DNA of 62,293 bases from a virus (taxonomy: Duplodnaviria > Caudoviricetes), in the IMG/VR virus record IMGVR_UViG_3300031726_000004, positions 1-62,293 of that record, one strand, 5' to 3'. How positions within the stretch are numbered: the stretch's first letter is position 1; each line of letters starts with the position of its first letter. Below the pieces are notes generated by a model. The model searched no databases and was not told the DNA's origin. It saw only the letters and a list, made by a program, of their open reading frames with translations. The position numbers were made by a program, and so were the translations under genes. Shown piece after piece: positions 47,911 through 56,984 of the stretch.

Positions 47911-48168
47911 ATGGCAGACGGTCGTTACTTCGCATGGGTTCACAACGTGATGGCGTGGTCAGTGCCGCACCTTGTGCCGCAACTGATCGTCGATGCCGGG
48001 CAATTCGATTATGTCATCACGCAATTGCAGAACGTCCCCGATTGGAAGGTCATCGCAAAGCGCGTGCTTTCGGAAGACGAATACGACCTGACACTTGATG
48101 ACCTGATCAAGAAATACCCCGCTCCACCCATGAGGGATGACGATGTCCCGACGCAGATCAAGCGATAG
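47911..48168 (+). CDS. Hypothetical protein
   Basis: Co-oriented. Confidence 0.55.
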   Translation: MADGRYFAWVHNVMAWSVPHLVPQLIVDAGQFDYVITQLQNVPDWKVIAKRVLSEDEYDLTLDDLIKKYPAPPMRDDDVPTQIKR

Positions 48169-48349
48169 CCGGCTGATCGAGATCACGGTTGAAATCCGTC
48201 ACGAAACAGACTCGGCCTATCTGGTTGACGACGGCTCAACGCGCGATTGGGTGCCCAAAAGCCAAGTTGAAATCGTCGATGACAATGACGGCGATGCGGT
48301 GATTGCGATCATGCCAGAATGGTTGGCCAAAGAAAAAGGGTTCATCTGA
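48137..48349 (+). CDS. Small beta-rich phage protein
   Basis: ETDSAYLV....WVPKSQ....MPEWLAKEKG. Confidence 0.65.
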   Translation: MTMSRRRSSDSRLIEITVEIRHETDSAYLVDDGSTRDWVPKSQVEIVDDNDGDAVIAIMPEWLAKEKGFI

Positions 48350-48561
48350 TGTCGTCGCGCAAGCCAAGATTTTCAGCGGTCAAACCCAAATTCGCGATTG
48401 GTGACGAAGTCAGTAAGCCGGAAGGGTATCCATTCCCCGGCACGGTGCAAGCGGTGTTCACCCGACGCGACGGTGAGGTGCGGTTCGTCGTCGAACATGA
48501 CTGCGGCGGGTTGCTGCACATCTTCAACGATCTGCAATTGATGAAGGGGCGAAAGCCATGA
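48349..48561 (+). CDS. SH3-fold protein resembling DfrB/R67
   Basis: KFAIGDEVSK.EGY.F.G.V...F......FVVE....LHIF. Confidence 0.55.
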   Translation: MSSRKPRFSAVKPKFAIGDEVSKPEGYPFPGTVQAVFTRRDGEVRFVVEHDCGGLLHIFNDLQLMKGRKP

Positions 48562-49139
48562 GCGGCGTGCAAGCCTATCCGCTGCATTGGCCGCCCGGTG
48601 TGCCGCGCGCAAAACATCGCGAGTCCGGGCGGTTCAAAGCCAGCTTCGAAACGGCGCTTGAAAATGTGGTGCGCTCGTTCAAGGGCTTTGCTGCGGACTC
48701 GAATAAGAAGATCACCGACGCGGTGCTGTCGTCCAACATGAACATGCTGGAAAAGAACCCGACAGACCCCGGCGTCGCCGTGTGGTTCACGTGGGATGGT
48801 TTGTCGGTGTGCATTCCGATCGATCGCTATGACACGCCCGCAAAGAACTTGCAGGCGGTGCACCACATCCTGGAAAGCCGGCGTACCGAGCTACGCCACG
48901 GTACCTTGCATTTGGTGCGCGCGACCTTCCAAGGCTTCAAGGCCTTGCCAGCGCCAGCGGGCAAGCACTGGCGCGATATTCTGGGATTGAGGGATAGCCC
49001 TGTCTTGGATGCTGCGGCGGTTGAGCGGGCTTTTAAAGAGCGCGCGCGCACCATCCATCCCGACAGGATCGGCGGGGCATCGGAAGCCATGGCTGAATTG
49101 AACGTGGCGCGGGCCACGGCGCTTGCAGAGATCGGGTGA
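48558..49139 (+). CDS. J-domain-containing protein
   Basis: C-terminal WRDILGL..AFKERARTIHPD.GG..AMAELNVA; N-terminal AYPLHWP. Confidence 0.85.
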   Translation: MSGVQAYPLHWPPGVPRAKHRESGRFKASFETALENVVRSFKGFAADSNKKITDAVLSSNMNMLEKNPTDPGVAVWFTWDGLSVCIPIDRYDTPAKNLQAVHHILESRRTELRHGTLHLVRATFQGFKALPAPAGKHWRDILGLRDSPVLDAAAVERAFKERARTIHPDRIGGASEAMAELNVARATALAEIG

Positions 49140-49143
49140 CGCC

Positions 49144-49428
49144 ATGCACACCAAAGACCTATTGGCCCAAGCGTTGCGGCAAGCCGGCTTGCATGACATG
49201 GCCGACAAGGCGGCGGAGGGTTATTATCACGACTACCTGTCGCCGCTGGTGATGCCCGGCATACAGTTGGCCGATGACTTGCGCACGGCATCCACACCCG
49301 CCGCAATGGCCGTGCTGCGGCAGCACCTCGCGGGGGACTTCGACGCCACGACAGAGGAAAGCGAAGCGTGGATCGATAGCCCGGAAGGTCGGGCGACAGT
49401 GGCCGGTTTGATGGGGCCGAAAAGGTAA
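49144..49428 (+). CDS. Hypothetical protein
   Basis: Co-oriented. Confidence 0.6.
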   Translation: MHTKDLLAQALRQAGLHDMADKAAEGYYHDYLSPLVMPGIQLADDLRTASTPAAMAVLRQHLAGDFDATTEESEAWIDSPEGRATVAGLMGPKR

Positions 49429-49431
49429 CAT

Positions 49432-49713
49432 ATGACTCCACACCCCTCCATAACTAAGGGTGTTGGAAAAACAAAGGCTCAACTTAAGAGAAAGCGCAAG
49501 GAAACCTGTACAAATAAGGTTCCGCCTCCTATATGTCCCCCTGCTAACCGTGGCAAAATTGGCATCATTCGACACCTGCCTGTTGATGATCCCCGCAATC
49601 CGAACCACCCGAGCCATGATGACAAGTGGTTGGAGTTGGCAAGGTCTCTAGGTCGGGCAATGGCAGATTTTGAATGGGATCGGCTCAACGGTCCTAATGG
49701 GAAAACAAAATGA
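49432..49713 (+). CDS. Small basic protein coupled to integrase (possible directionality factor)
   Basis: ATGA overlap with integrase; function inferred from position only. Confidence 0.4.
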   Translation: MTPHPSITKGVGKTKAQLKRKRKETCTNKVPPPICPPANRGKIGIIRHLPVDDPRNPNHPSHDDKWLELARSLGRAMADFEWDRLNGPNGKTK

Positions 49714-51401
49714 AGACCGCAGTTATTTATGCGAGATATTCTAGCGATCTTCAAAAAGATCGTTCTATCGATGATCAGATTTTGTTTTGCCGAGAAATTG
49801 CTTTGCGTAACGGCTATAGCGTCGCCGACGTGTTTACGGATCGAGCCAAATCTGGCGCGAGTATGTTTGAGCGCGATGGCTTACTAGCGCTAATGAGTGC
49901 CGCGAAGAAACGTGATTTCAATGGCGTCATTTGTGAAAGTCTTTCGCGTCTATCACGTGATCAAGAAGACACTGCCGCAATTTATAAGCGGCTCAAGTTC
50001 AATGACATCGAAATCGTGGATGCAAGTGGCGTTGTTTCTGATGTTCATGTCGGCGTAGGTGGCATCGTCAATTCGATGTTTCTCAAAAATCTCGCCGTCT
50101 CGGTCAAACGATCACAAGACGCATTGGCTCGCGAAGGGTTAGTCCCCGGCCGCATCGCATTTGGATTGCGCGCCACTGGCAAAAAATGTGAACGCGAAAT
50201 TGATCCTACCAACGCTGCAATTGTACTCAGGTGCTTCGAAGAATACGCCAACGGAAAATCAATCGAGAATATCAATTTTGAACTGCGGCAATGTGAAAAA
50301 ATCGAGATGCCGCGCGTGAACAGCGAGATGCTGCGCAATCAAATTTATATCGGAAAGATTATCCGGAACGTCACCAATTCGGTCAAAGACCCGGACACCG
50401 GTAGGCGGTTGTTTCGGCGTGGATCAGTTGACAACAGGATTGTTGTCGATGCGCCACAACTGCGGATCATCCCGCAAGAACTTTGGGAACGTGTTCAACA
50501 TTCACTTGCAGCCAGCAACAAGGCGCACGGTTGGCACGGGCCGCGCCAACACAAGTTCGTCAATAAGGATCACTTGCTCCTCGGATTGTTGACTTGTGCA
50601 ACATGTGGCGGTGCGATGTACATCGGCGCAAATAATCCGGACGGTGCTCCACGTGTGAAATGTTCTTTTGGGCATCGTCGTGAAGGTTGCGACCATCGCA
50701 AGAGTTATTCTCTTAAGACCCTGCAAGACATCGTCTTGAGCGGCATCCAAGCCAAGCTGACCGATAGGAAAGCATTGCTCGAAATGACACGCGCCTATCA
50801 TGATCGTTGGGCCGAACGGCAAAAGAGTGTTCGCGGTGATTTAGCCAAAGCCAAGGCCGAACTATCCCGCACGGAAATCCAGATCGACCGTATCGTTACG
50901 GCGATCAGCGACAGCGACAGCCCTGTAAAGGCTTTGGTCAGTAAACTTGACGCCTTGGAAATCCAGCGTGCCAGCCTCGCGCAAAAGGTTGAATTGATTG
51001 AGGCCGATGGCAACGTGGTTACACTGCACCCCGCCGCCATCGATAAATTTGCCGCTTCGATGGAGACAATCCACACTGCCCTAACCGGCGATCTCAGTGT
51101 TGAACAGCTTTCGCCATTTCGCGCAGCCTTTCGCAATGTCTTTGAGCGCATTGTGGTTCACCCGACCACCAAGCAAGGCCAATATGAGGTGACACCCTAC
51201 GCACGATTGTCCGCAATAATCGGCTTAGAACTTTTTCCAAAAATGCGCAGCACCACAGAAATGCTTGCAGAACAAGGGGTTACTGAGATTGCACTTTCGG
51301 ACGGTTCACGAACTCGAACCGTCCAAAAATGCAAACCCGAAATGATCACAAGCCCCGATAACGTGATCATTAATCTAGGAATTTGGAAAAAAGCGGCCTG
51401 A
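49710..51401 (+). CDS. Large serine recombinase (integrase)
   Basis: YARYSSDLQ..SIDDQ, SRLSRD, recombinase domain, Zn ribbon LLTCATCGGAM, coiled coil. Confidence 0.95.
   Translation: MKTAVIYARYSSDLQKDRSIDDQILFCREIALRNGYSVADVFTDRAKSGASMFERDGLLALMSAAKKRDFNGVICESLSRLSRDQEDTAAIYKRLKFNDIEIVDASGVVSDVHVGVGGIVNSMFLKNLAVSVKRSQDALAREGLVPGRIAFGLRATGKKCEREIDPTNAAIVLRCFEEYANGKSIENINFELRQCEKIEMPRVNSEMLRNQIYIGKIIRNVTNSVKDPDTGRRLFRRGSVDNRIVVDAPQLRIIPQELWERVQHSLAASNKAHGWHGPRQHKFVNKDHLLLGLLTCATCGGAMYIGANNPDGAPRVKCSFGHRREGCDHRKSYSLKTLQDIVLSGIQAKLTDRKALLEMTRAYHDRWAERQKSVRGDLAKAKAELSRTEIQIDRIVTAISDSDSPVKALVSKLDALEIQRASLAQKVELIEADGNVVTLHPAAIDKFAASMETIHTALTGDLSVEQLSPFRAAFRNVFERIVVHPTTKQGQYEVTPYARLSAIIGLELFPKMRSTTEMLAEQGVTEIALSDGSRTRTVQKCKPEMITSPDNVIINLGIWKKAA
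51289..51334. other. Putative attP inside integrase 3' end
   Basis: 19-bp imperfect inverted arms TTGCACTTTCGGACGGTTC / GAACCGTCCAAAAATGCAA around ACGAACTC. Confidence 0.6.
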
Positions 51402-51409
51402 TCAACGGA

Positions 51410-51441
51410 CGGCGACACCGCGCTAGCACACGGTGTCGCCG
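51410..51441 (+). terminator. Hairpin downstream of integrase
   Basis: CGGCGACACCG-N10-CGGTGTCGCCG; no U-tract, so role uncertain. Confidence 0.4.
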
Positions 51442-51474
51442 CCACTAACCACCGAACCCATGGAGCGGGCTTCA

Positions 51475-52476
51475 ATGGCTGAAGACATCACTGCCACCAT
51501 CCACCAATTGCATCAACCCAAACCCAAGACCGATGCCGAACGAGCCCGCGCCTACCGGGATCGCAAGCGGGGCGGCACGGCCACCCCGTCACCCGCCGCC
51601 CCCAAGGTCACCGCCCCCAAGGTCGCCGCCGCCCCGGTCACCGCCGCCCCGGTTCCCGCCACCCCGTCACCTGCCACCTTGCCGGCCATCATCGTGACGC
51701 CCGTGACGCCCGTGACGCCCGTGACGCCCGTGACGCCCGTGACGCCCGTGACGCCCGTGACGCCCGTGACGCCCGTGACGCCCGTGACGCTGGCCACCGT
51801 CACGGCCCGTCACGTGACGCCCGTCACGCCGTCACGCCAGATCGCCCCGGTTGCGCTCAAGGTTGCCGCCTTTGGCCTTGCCGCCATCGGCCTAACCATC
51901 AATGGATGGTTTGCCCGGTCCCTGGGTTCCACGGATGTGTCGGGATGGATGTTTCTTGGCGTAGGCGTGGCCGCTGATCTTGCGGCGCTGGCGTTGCCAT
52001 CGACCGCCGCCCGGCTTTGGCAGACGCGCCAGCGGGGCACCGCTGCGGTTGCGTGGTCGATTTGGGCCATGACGTTCGCGTTCGCCGTGACGGCAGGCAT
52101 CGGCTTTGCCAGTCTCAACATTGCCGACGTGACGGCGGCCCGTGCGTCACGCGTCACGCCAGCCGTCACGACAGCAACCGCCGCGCTCGCCGATGCCATG
52201 GCGGCACGGGATCGGGAATGCGGTCACGGTGTCGGCAAGTTCTGTCGAGAACGCGAGGGCACCGTTACCGACCGTCGCCAAGCGCTTGACGCCGCCGTGA
52301 CCTCGGTTGAACAGACCGCCGACCCGCAGACCGCCGCCGCCGTGCGCCTTGTGACGTGGCTGACAAAGGGCCTGATCAAACCCGATGGGGATGACTTCGC
52401 CATGCTGCGGCTTATCTTGCTGGTGCTGTTGCCGCAACTTGGTGGAATGCTGTTGTTGGTCGGGCGCACCGAATGA
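51475..52476 (+). CDS. Multi-pass membrane protein with Pro/Thr-rich linker
   Basis: [11 protein letters not shown] helix, (VTP)n linker, about four TM segments. Confidence 0.7.
   Translation: MAEDITATIHQLHQPKPKTDAERARAYRDRKRGGTATPSPAAPKVTAPKVAAAPVTAAPVPATPSPATLPAIIVTPVTPVTPVTPVTPVTPVTPVTPVTPVTPVTLATVTARHVTPVTPSRQIAPVALKVAAFGLAAIGLTINGWFARSLGSTDVSGWMFLGVGVAADLAALALPSTAARLWQTRQRGTAAVAWSIWAMTFAFAVTAGIGFASLNIADVTAARASRVTPAVTTATAALADAMAARDRECGHGVGKFCREREGTVTDRRQALDAAVTSVEQTADPQTAAAVRLVTWLTKGLIKPDGDDFAMLRLILLVLLPQLGGMLLLVGRTE
51694..51790 (+). repeat. 9-bp tandem repeat GTGACGCCC x10 plus partial copy
   Basis: Perfect in-frame copies encoding VTP. Confidence 0.95.
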
Positions 52477-52552
52477 AATCCGATCTCGCTTTCTGGATCA
52501 CCATTGCCGCCGTGATCTTGACCGGAGTCCTCATGCTTGTCATGGATTGCTG

Positions 52553-53137
52553 ATGCCCATCATCACCCGCGCGGCTTCCAGCCTCACCCGTCATTGCGGT
52601 GACTGCCAACTCTGTTGCCGCCTCTTGCCGGTCAACGAAGTGAACAAGCCGGGCGGCACCGTGTGTCGATATCAGAAGTTCAAGAAAGGTTGCACGGTCT
52701 ACAGCACGCCCAAGATGCCGGCGTGCTGCACGCTTTGGAATTGTCGGTGGCTGGTGAACGACGACACCGCCGACTTGCCGCGCCCCGATCGCGCGCACTA
52801 CGTCATTGACCTGATGCCGGATTTCGTCACGCATCAGAACGACGTGACGGGCGAGTGCATCAACATTCAAGTCGTGCAAATCTGGATCGATCCCAATCAC
52901 CGCGACGCATACCGCGACCCGGCATTGCGCAGCTACATGCACCGCCGCGCGCAAGAGGGCACGGCATCCATCGTGCGGTTCAATGAACGCGACGCCATCG
53001 TGATCTTTCCGCCGCCGTTCGATGTCGATGGCGAATGGCATGAGATCATCAGCACATTGCGTGGTCCGTCGCACACCTTCGACCAAGTCGAAGCCGCGCT
53101 TGGTTCCTCAGCGCGTATAATTGTCACAGACGATTGA
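52553..53137 (+). CDS. CxxCxxCC (YkgJ-like) cysteine cluster protein
   Basis: CGDCQLCC...C......GCTVY...P.CC..WNCRWL. Confidence 0.7.
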   Translation: MPIITRAASSLTRHCGDCQLCCRLLPVNEVNKPGGTVCRYQKFKKGCTVYSTPKMPACCTLWNCRWLVNDDTADLPRPDRAHYVIDLMPDFVTHQNDVTGECINIQVVQIWIDPNHRDAYRDPALRSYMHRRAQEGTASIVRFNERDAIVIFPPPFDVDGEWHEIISTLRGPSHTFDQVEAALGSSARIIVTDD

Positions 53138-53284
53138 ATTGATTGACCGTCAGATTTTTAGACGATTGACAGACCTATTGCAGGTTTGAAAGACTCAAGA
53201 GTCAGACCGCCGCAAATTTCTGGCATGGGGATAGACGCGCGGTCTCCCTCAAAATGACCTTTTGTCTTGCGAGATGGAAACCCC

Positions 53285-53725
53285 ATGCCGACGCCTCCGA
53301 TAAGACGTGCACCTGCACGCAATCAAAACAGTGCAAGACCTTCAGATATCGCGGTTGTCGTCGCCACATTGGTGATGAACCTGACGCGATCAATGCACAG
53401 ACACCCGCCCTATGTTGAACAGCATTTCGGCGCGGCACTCGAATTGATGTTCGTTTCAATGTTGGTAACGATCGCGACTCACGCGGGAAACGAAATGACC
53501 GCAAGTGAGATCGCGCATGAACTGTCGATCCCGCGCAGCAATGTCGTGCGCATTTTAGAAAGACTCAAAACGCGGGGCCGGGTTTTGAAGACCGGTCACA
53601 CGTTCAAGGCGAACATGGATCATCTCGACAAGGTCATGACGCCAGCCATCGCCGCGCAAAAGTTGCGCCGGGTTTCAAAGGCCCACCGCGAATTGCAGTC
53701 GCTTCGGAATAAATTGTTTCGGTAA
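53285..53725 (+). CDS. Winged-helix (MarR/IclR-like) regulator
   Basis: MTASEIAHELSIPRSNVVRILERL. Confidence 0.7.
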   Translation: MPTPPIRRAPARNQNSARPSDIAVVVATLVMNLTRSMHRHPPYVEQHFGAALELMFVSMLVTIATHAGNEMTASEIAHELSIPRSNVVRILERLKTRGRVLKTGHTFKANMDHLDKVMTPAIAAQKLRRVSKAHRELQSLRNKLFR

Positions 53726-54011
53726 CCAAACCACGGTTTTTTTTCTATCTGTTTCCGTCTGTGCAATCCGATGAATGTTTGTGCGAAGTCTGCGATGTAT
53801 TGCTGTCCATTTTGGACAACAACGCGCCGGGTAGTGCCACAACCGAATACTACCTTGGGCTTGACGCGGTATCCTTTTACGATACCGTCAGGCCTTCTTT
53901 ACAAATCCGTCATTCGTTCAACCATAACTAATCGTAGGCAGCAAAAACACCAAAATACAACCGTTTGTAACGACATGCTCCGATCGTTTCCGATTGCCAG
54001 CCCTTTCGGAA

Positions 54012-54365
54012 ATGAACGCGCCCATGCCGCAACAGGAAAGGCATGCGTACATGGTTGCGAACACTTCATCATGCAGTGAAGAGGTGCTTGATGCGGATGT
54101 ACTTGAACACAAAATCAGGAATGCCCCCGGCTTTCTTCCGCTCGAACGCGAATTGATCTTGCGCGCGCTCAATCTCGGCGCGCGCCCGACATCACATCTC
54201 TATCCGGCCGGACACTCACCGACGTCATCGGTCTATGCCGGCATCGCATGGGATATTCTCGACAGCATCGCGCCGGATACGTTGACGATCCGCGACCGCT
54301 TCATGCTCGGTGCGATGATCACCAACACCTTGCGAGATGTCCACCGCCAACGAACTATCACTTAG
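54012..54365 (+). CDS. Hypothetical protein
   Basis: Co-oriented. Confidence 0.45.
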   Translation: MNAPMPQQERHAYMVANTSSCSEEVLDADVLEHKIRNAPGFLPLERELILRALNLGARPTSHLYPAGHSPTSSVYAGIAWDILDSIAPDTLTIRDRFMLGAMITNTLRDVHRQRTIT

Positions 54366-54436
54366 CTGTCTCCGGTTGCGTCGATGGTGCGATTGTGCCT
54401 ATCGTCCGAGCATTCAACCATAAGGGGACGAAGGAA

Positions 54437-55123
54437 ATGGCCACACTTCCGATCTATCTTGAAGTCGAAGACGTCGCAGTCGGGCCGGTGTTGATCGCGC
54501 TGCGACGAATGCCCGGCATCATCAAGATGAATTTGGATATCTCAGCCGGCGCACCAGCACCCGCGCCCGTCGCGCGCAATGGCAACGGCCCAAAGACTAA
54601 CGAAATCATCATTGCGATGATGATGAAAGCCAACGGCGAGCCCGTGCACGTGTCGGACATGGCGCGACAAGTCGGCGGGCACAAGTCGCGCGCCTCTGTC
54701 GTGCTCAACGCCTTGAAGAAAAAAGGCATCGTCAAAGCAGCCGGCAAAGGCAATTGGGTTTTGACACCAAAGGCAATGCGCGATCTCGCCAAGCACGCCG
54801 AGCCGCAACTATTGCCCGCGCCGAAACCTGCGGCAAAGCCGATAGGCAAGGCCAAGAGCAACGGTCACAAGGTGATCGAACACAATGAGCGCGCAGAGCG
54901 CGGCACCGGTCCTGCGGCATTATGCGAAACATTACGCGATGGCCCGTTGTCGGTGACAGACATCCGTACCAACCTTGAAGCCAAGGGCGTGTCAGGCAAG
55001 AGTCTCAGCGGCTTCCTAGATCGCGGCAAGCGCGACGGCATCATCAAGAAGAACGCAAGCGGCCTTTACGAATTGACGGCGAAGGGCGCGAAGCAATCCA
55101 CCGCAGAAACTCAAGGGGCGTAA
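54437..55123 (+). CDS. Basic tandem winged-helix protein
   Basis: Two wHTH-like repeats ending LKKKGIVK..GNWVLT and RDGIIKK..GLYELT. Confidence 0.65.
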   Translation: MATLPIYLEVEDVAVGPVLIALRRMPGIIKMNLDISAGAPAPAPVARNGNGPKTNEIIIAMMMKANGEPVHVSDMARQVGGHKSRASVVLNALKKKGIVKAAGKGNWVLTPKAMRDLAKHAEPQLLPAPKPAAKPIGKAKSNGHKVIEHNERAERGTGPAALCETLRDGPLSVTDIRTNLEAKGVSGKSLSGFLDRGKRDGIIKKNASGLYELTAKGAKQSTAETQGA

Positions 55124-55124
55124 G

Positions 55125-55508
55125 ATGGCGCGTTTCGTCATGCGATATCGATGCTACAATTTCACGGACAAAAATCCTGTCATCGACAAGACGCGAACCA
55201 TCCTGCAAGACGAAGGACTTTTTTCCAAGAAAAAGCGCCCGCTGTTACATCAACTAACAGGCGTATCGGTCTCCACCTATGACGGTTGGTTCGAAGGCGA
55301 CACCAAAAGCCCGCGACACGAAACCGTCGCAGCCACTATGGCCGCACTCGGCTATGAAGAAACTTTCGTCAAGAAAAAAGCCATAGACCTCGACAAGGAA
55401 CTGGTTGCCGCCGCGAAGTGGTTGGAAACCCAAAACAGACTGAAAGAACAAGCCGGGGCAAAGCGAACGTCCAAGAAAATGAACGGACACGCGAAGGGAG
55501 CTAAGTGA
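55125..55508 (+). CDS. HTH protein
   Basis: LHQLTGVSVSTYDGWFEGDTKSPRHET. Confidence 0.65.
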   Translation: MARFVMRYRCYNFTDKNPVIDKTRTILQDEGLFSKKKRPLLHQLTGVSVSTYDGWFEGDTKSPRHETVAATMAALGYEETFVKKKAIDLDKELVAAAKWLETQNRLKEQAGAKRTSKKMNGHAKGAK

Positions 55509-55513
55509 TCACC

Positions 55514-55936
55514 ATGGCTGTAAAAAAGAAAACCCTATCTCGCAATGCCACTTCCAAGTATCACGTCGTGCGCCGCGTCACGGATGCAGACGTCCAGATC
55601 GGGGAACGTCTGCGACAAGCACGACTTAAAGCCGGCCTGTCGCAAGACACGCTGGCAAAGGCTGTCGGCGTGTCATTCCAGCAAATCCAGAAATATGAAA
55701 AAGGCAAAAACCGAATGGGCGTCGGCCGCATGATGGAATTTTCCAAAGTGCTGCAACTTGATCCCTCCTATTTCACGGGATCGGTTGACGTCAAGCGATC
55801 AAACGTCGTGGTTGCCTTCGATGCCTTCATGGCGACCCGCGAAGGCGTGCAGATCATCGAACACATGATGAAGTTGCCGCCACGGCAGCGACAGACCGTG
55901 ATCGATCTCGCCAAGTCATTGGCGTTGGCGTCATGA
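55514..55936 (+). CDS. XRE-family regulator
   Basis: IGERLRQAR..AGLSQ..LAKAVGVSFQQIQKYEKGKNR. Confidence 0.88.
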   Translation: MAVKKKTLSRNATSKYHVVRRVTDADVQIGERLRQARLKAGLSQDTLAKAVGVSFQQIQKYEKGKNRMGVGRMMEFSKVLQLDPSYFTGSVDVKRSNVVVAFDAFMATREGVQIIEHMMKLPPRQRQTVIDLAKSLALAS

Positions 55937-56664
55937 CCGCGTGCCCGTTCTGTCTTGAGCACATGGCGGCACGATCGACCAAGCAACTTGCGGTGCGCAA
56001 AGCCAACATGGCCAACGCACCGCAAGTGACTGTGTCCGAATGTCCGAAGTGCGGAGGGATCGAATGGGCAACGACGATAGCCAAGATCGAAACCGAACTC
56101 CCGCCGTCGCGTTTGTCATTCTTGAAACGATTGATGGGGCGGTGAACGAAGTGGCCGCAGATGGCGCGGACTTCATCTGCGAAGACTGCGGCGCGGCGGT
56201 GTTCATCATCGGCACCGACCCGACACCGAACGTGCATGTCTGCGGCGTGTGTCGCTTCATCCGCACCGTGCCCGACATGCCGGAAGATTTCAAAGCGACG
56301 TTGAGGGGCACAGATGACGGACTATCCGAATGATGACTTTCATGAGGTGTGGTGGATATACGCACCCGAGCGCCACACGTGGGGCGGCCTTCGCGTCGCG
56401 CATTTCCGCAAGACCATCGACGGCGCGCTGATTGTCGGCATCTTGGGCGAGTCCGATCCCCGCCGCATCGGTCTTCGCATATGGGCTGACATCGCCCCGC
56501 GCGAAGGCTGGGTGATGGTCAAGCAAATCATGCTACCAAGTCGCGGCGAAGTCGATGCCGCGCTTGATACCGCGTTGCGCGACATCGCCGAACAGATCAC
56601 ACGTGACGTTTCCGAAGCAAAGGAAGACAAGCATGCGCGGGACAATTCTGAGCATCTCACCTGA
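55933..56664 (+). other. Three coupled small ORFs (55933-56145 and 56142-56333 with CxxC pairs; 56314-56664)
   Basis: Overlapping start/stop codons. Confidence 0.55.
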
Positions 56665-56971
56665 CGGCGTTGAAACCGCCAGACAGTTCGAAGGCGAAGC
56701 GACGCTTGACGATTTGCAAGCCGCGATCGGTGGCGGCTCTGTGCAAGTGGTGCCGCTATTCGACATCTTCCAGCACGGTGAAGATTGGCACCGTTGCGTC
56801 GTCTTCTGCGATGAAGACGGCAAGGTCAACAATCTGACATTCAATCCAAAGGCGCAACTGCATTGGCAGTTGGCGTACAACGCCAGCGGCCATCTTGGCG
56901 CGTTGGACGATGCACTTGTCGGCACCGTCGCCATCGTGTGGGGCGATCCCGACTTCATGGAAGCGCTCTAA
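56633..56971 (+). CDS. DUF3846-like protein
   Basis: LDDLQAAIGG...DEDGK..NL.FN..A....LVGTVAI. Confidence 0.6.
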   Translation: MRGTILSISPDGVETARQFEGEATLDDLQAAIGGGSVQVVPLFDIFQHGEDWHRCVVFCDEDGKVNNLTFNPKAQLHWQLAYNASGHLGALDDALVGTVAIVWGDPDFMEAL

Positions 56972-56984
56972 AGGGTCTTGAGCC

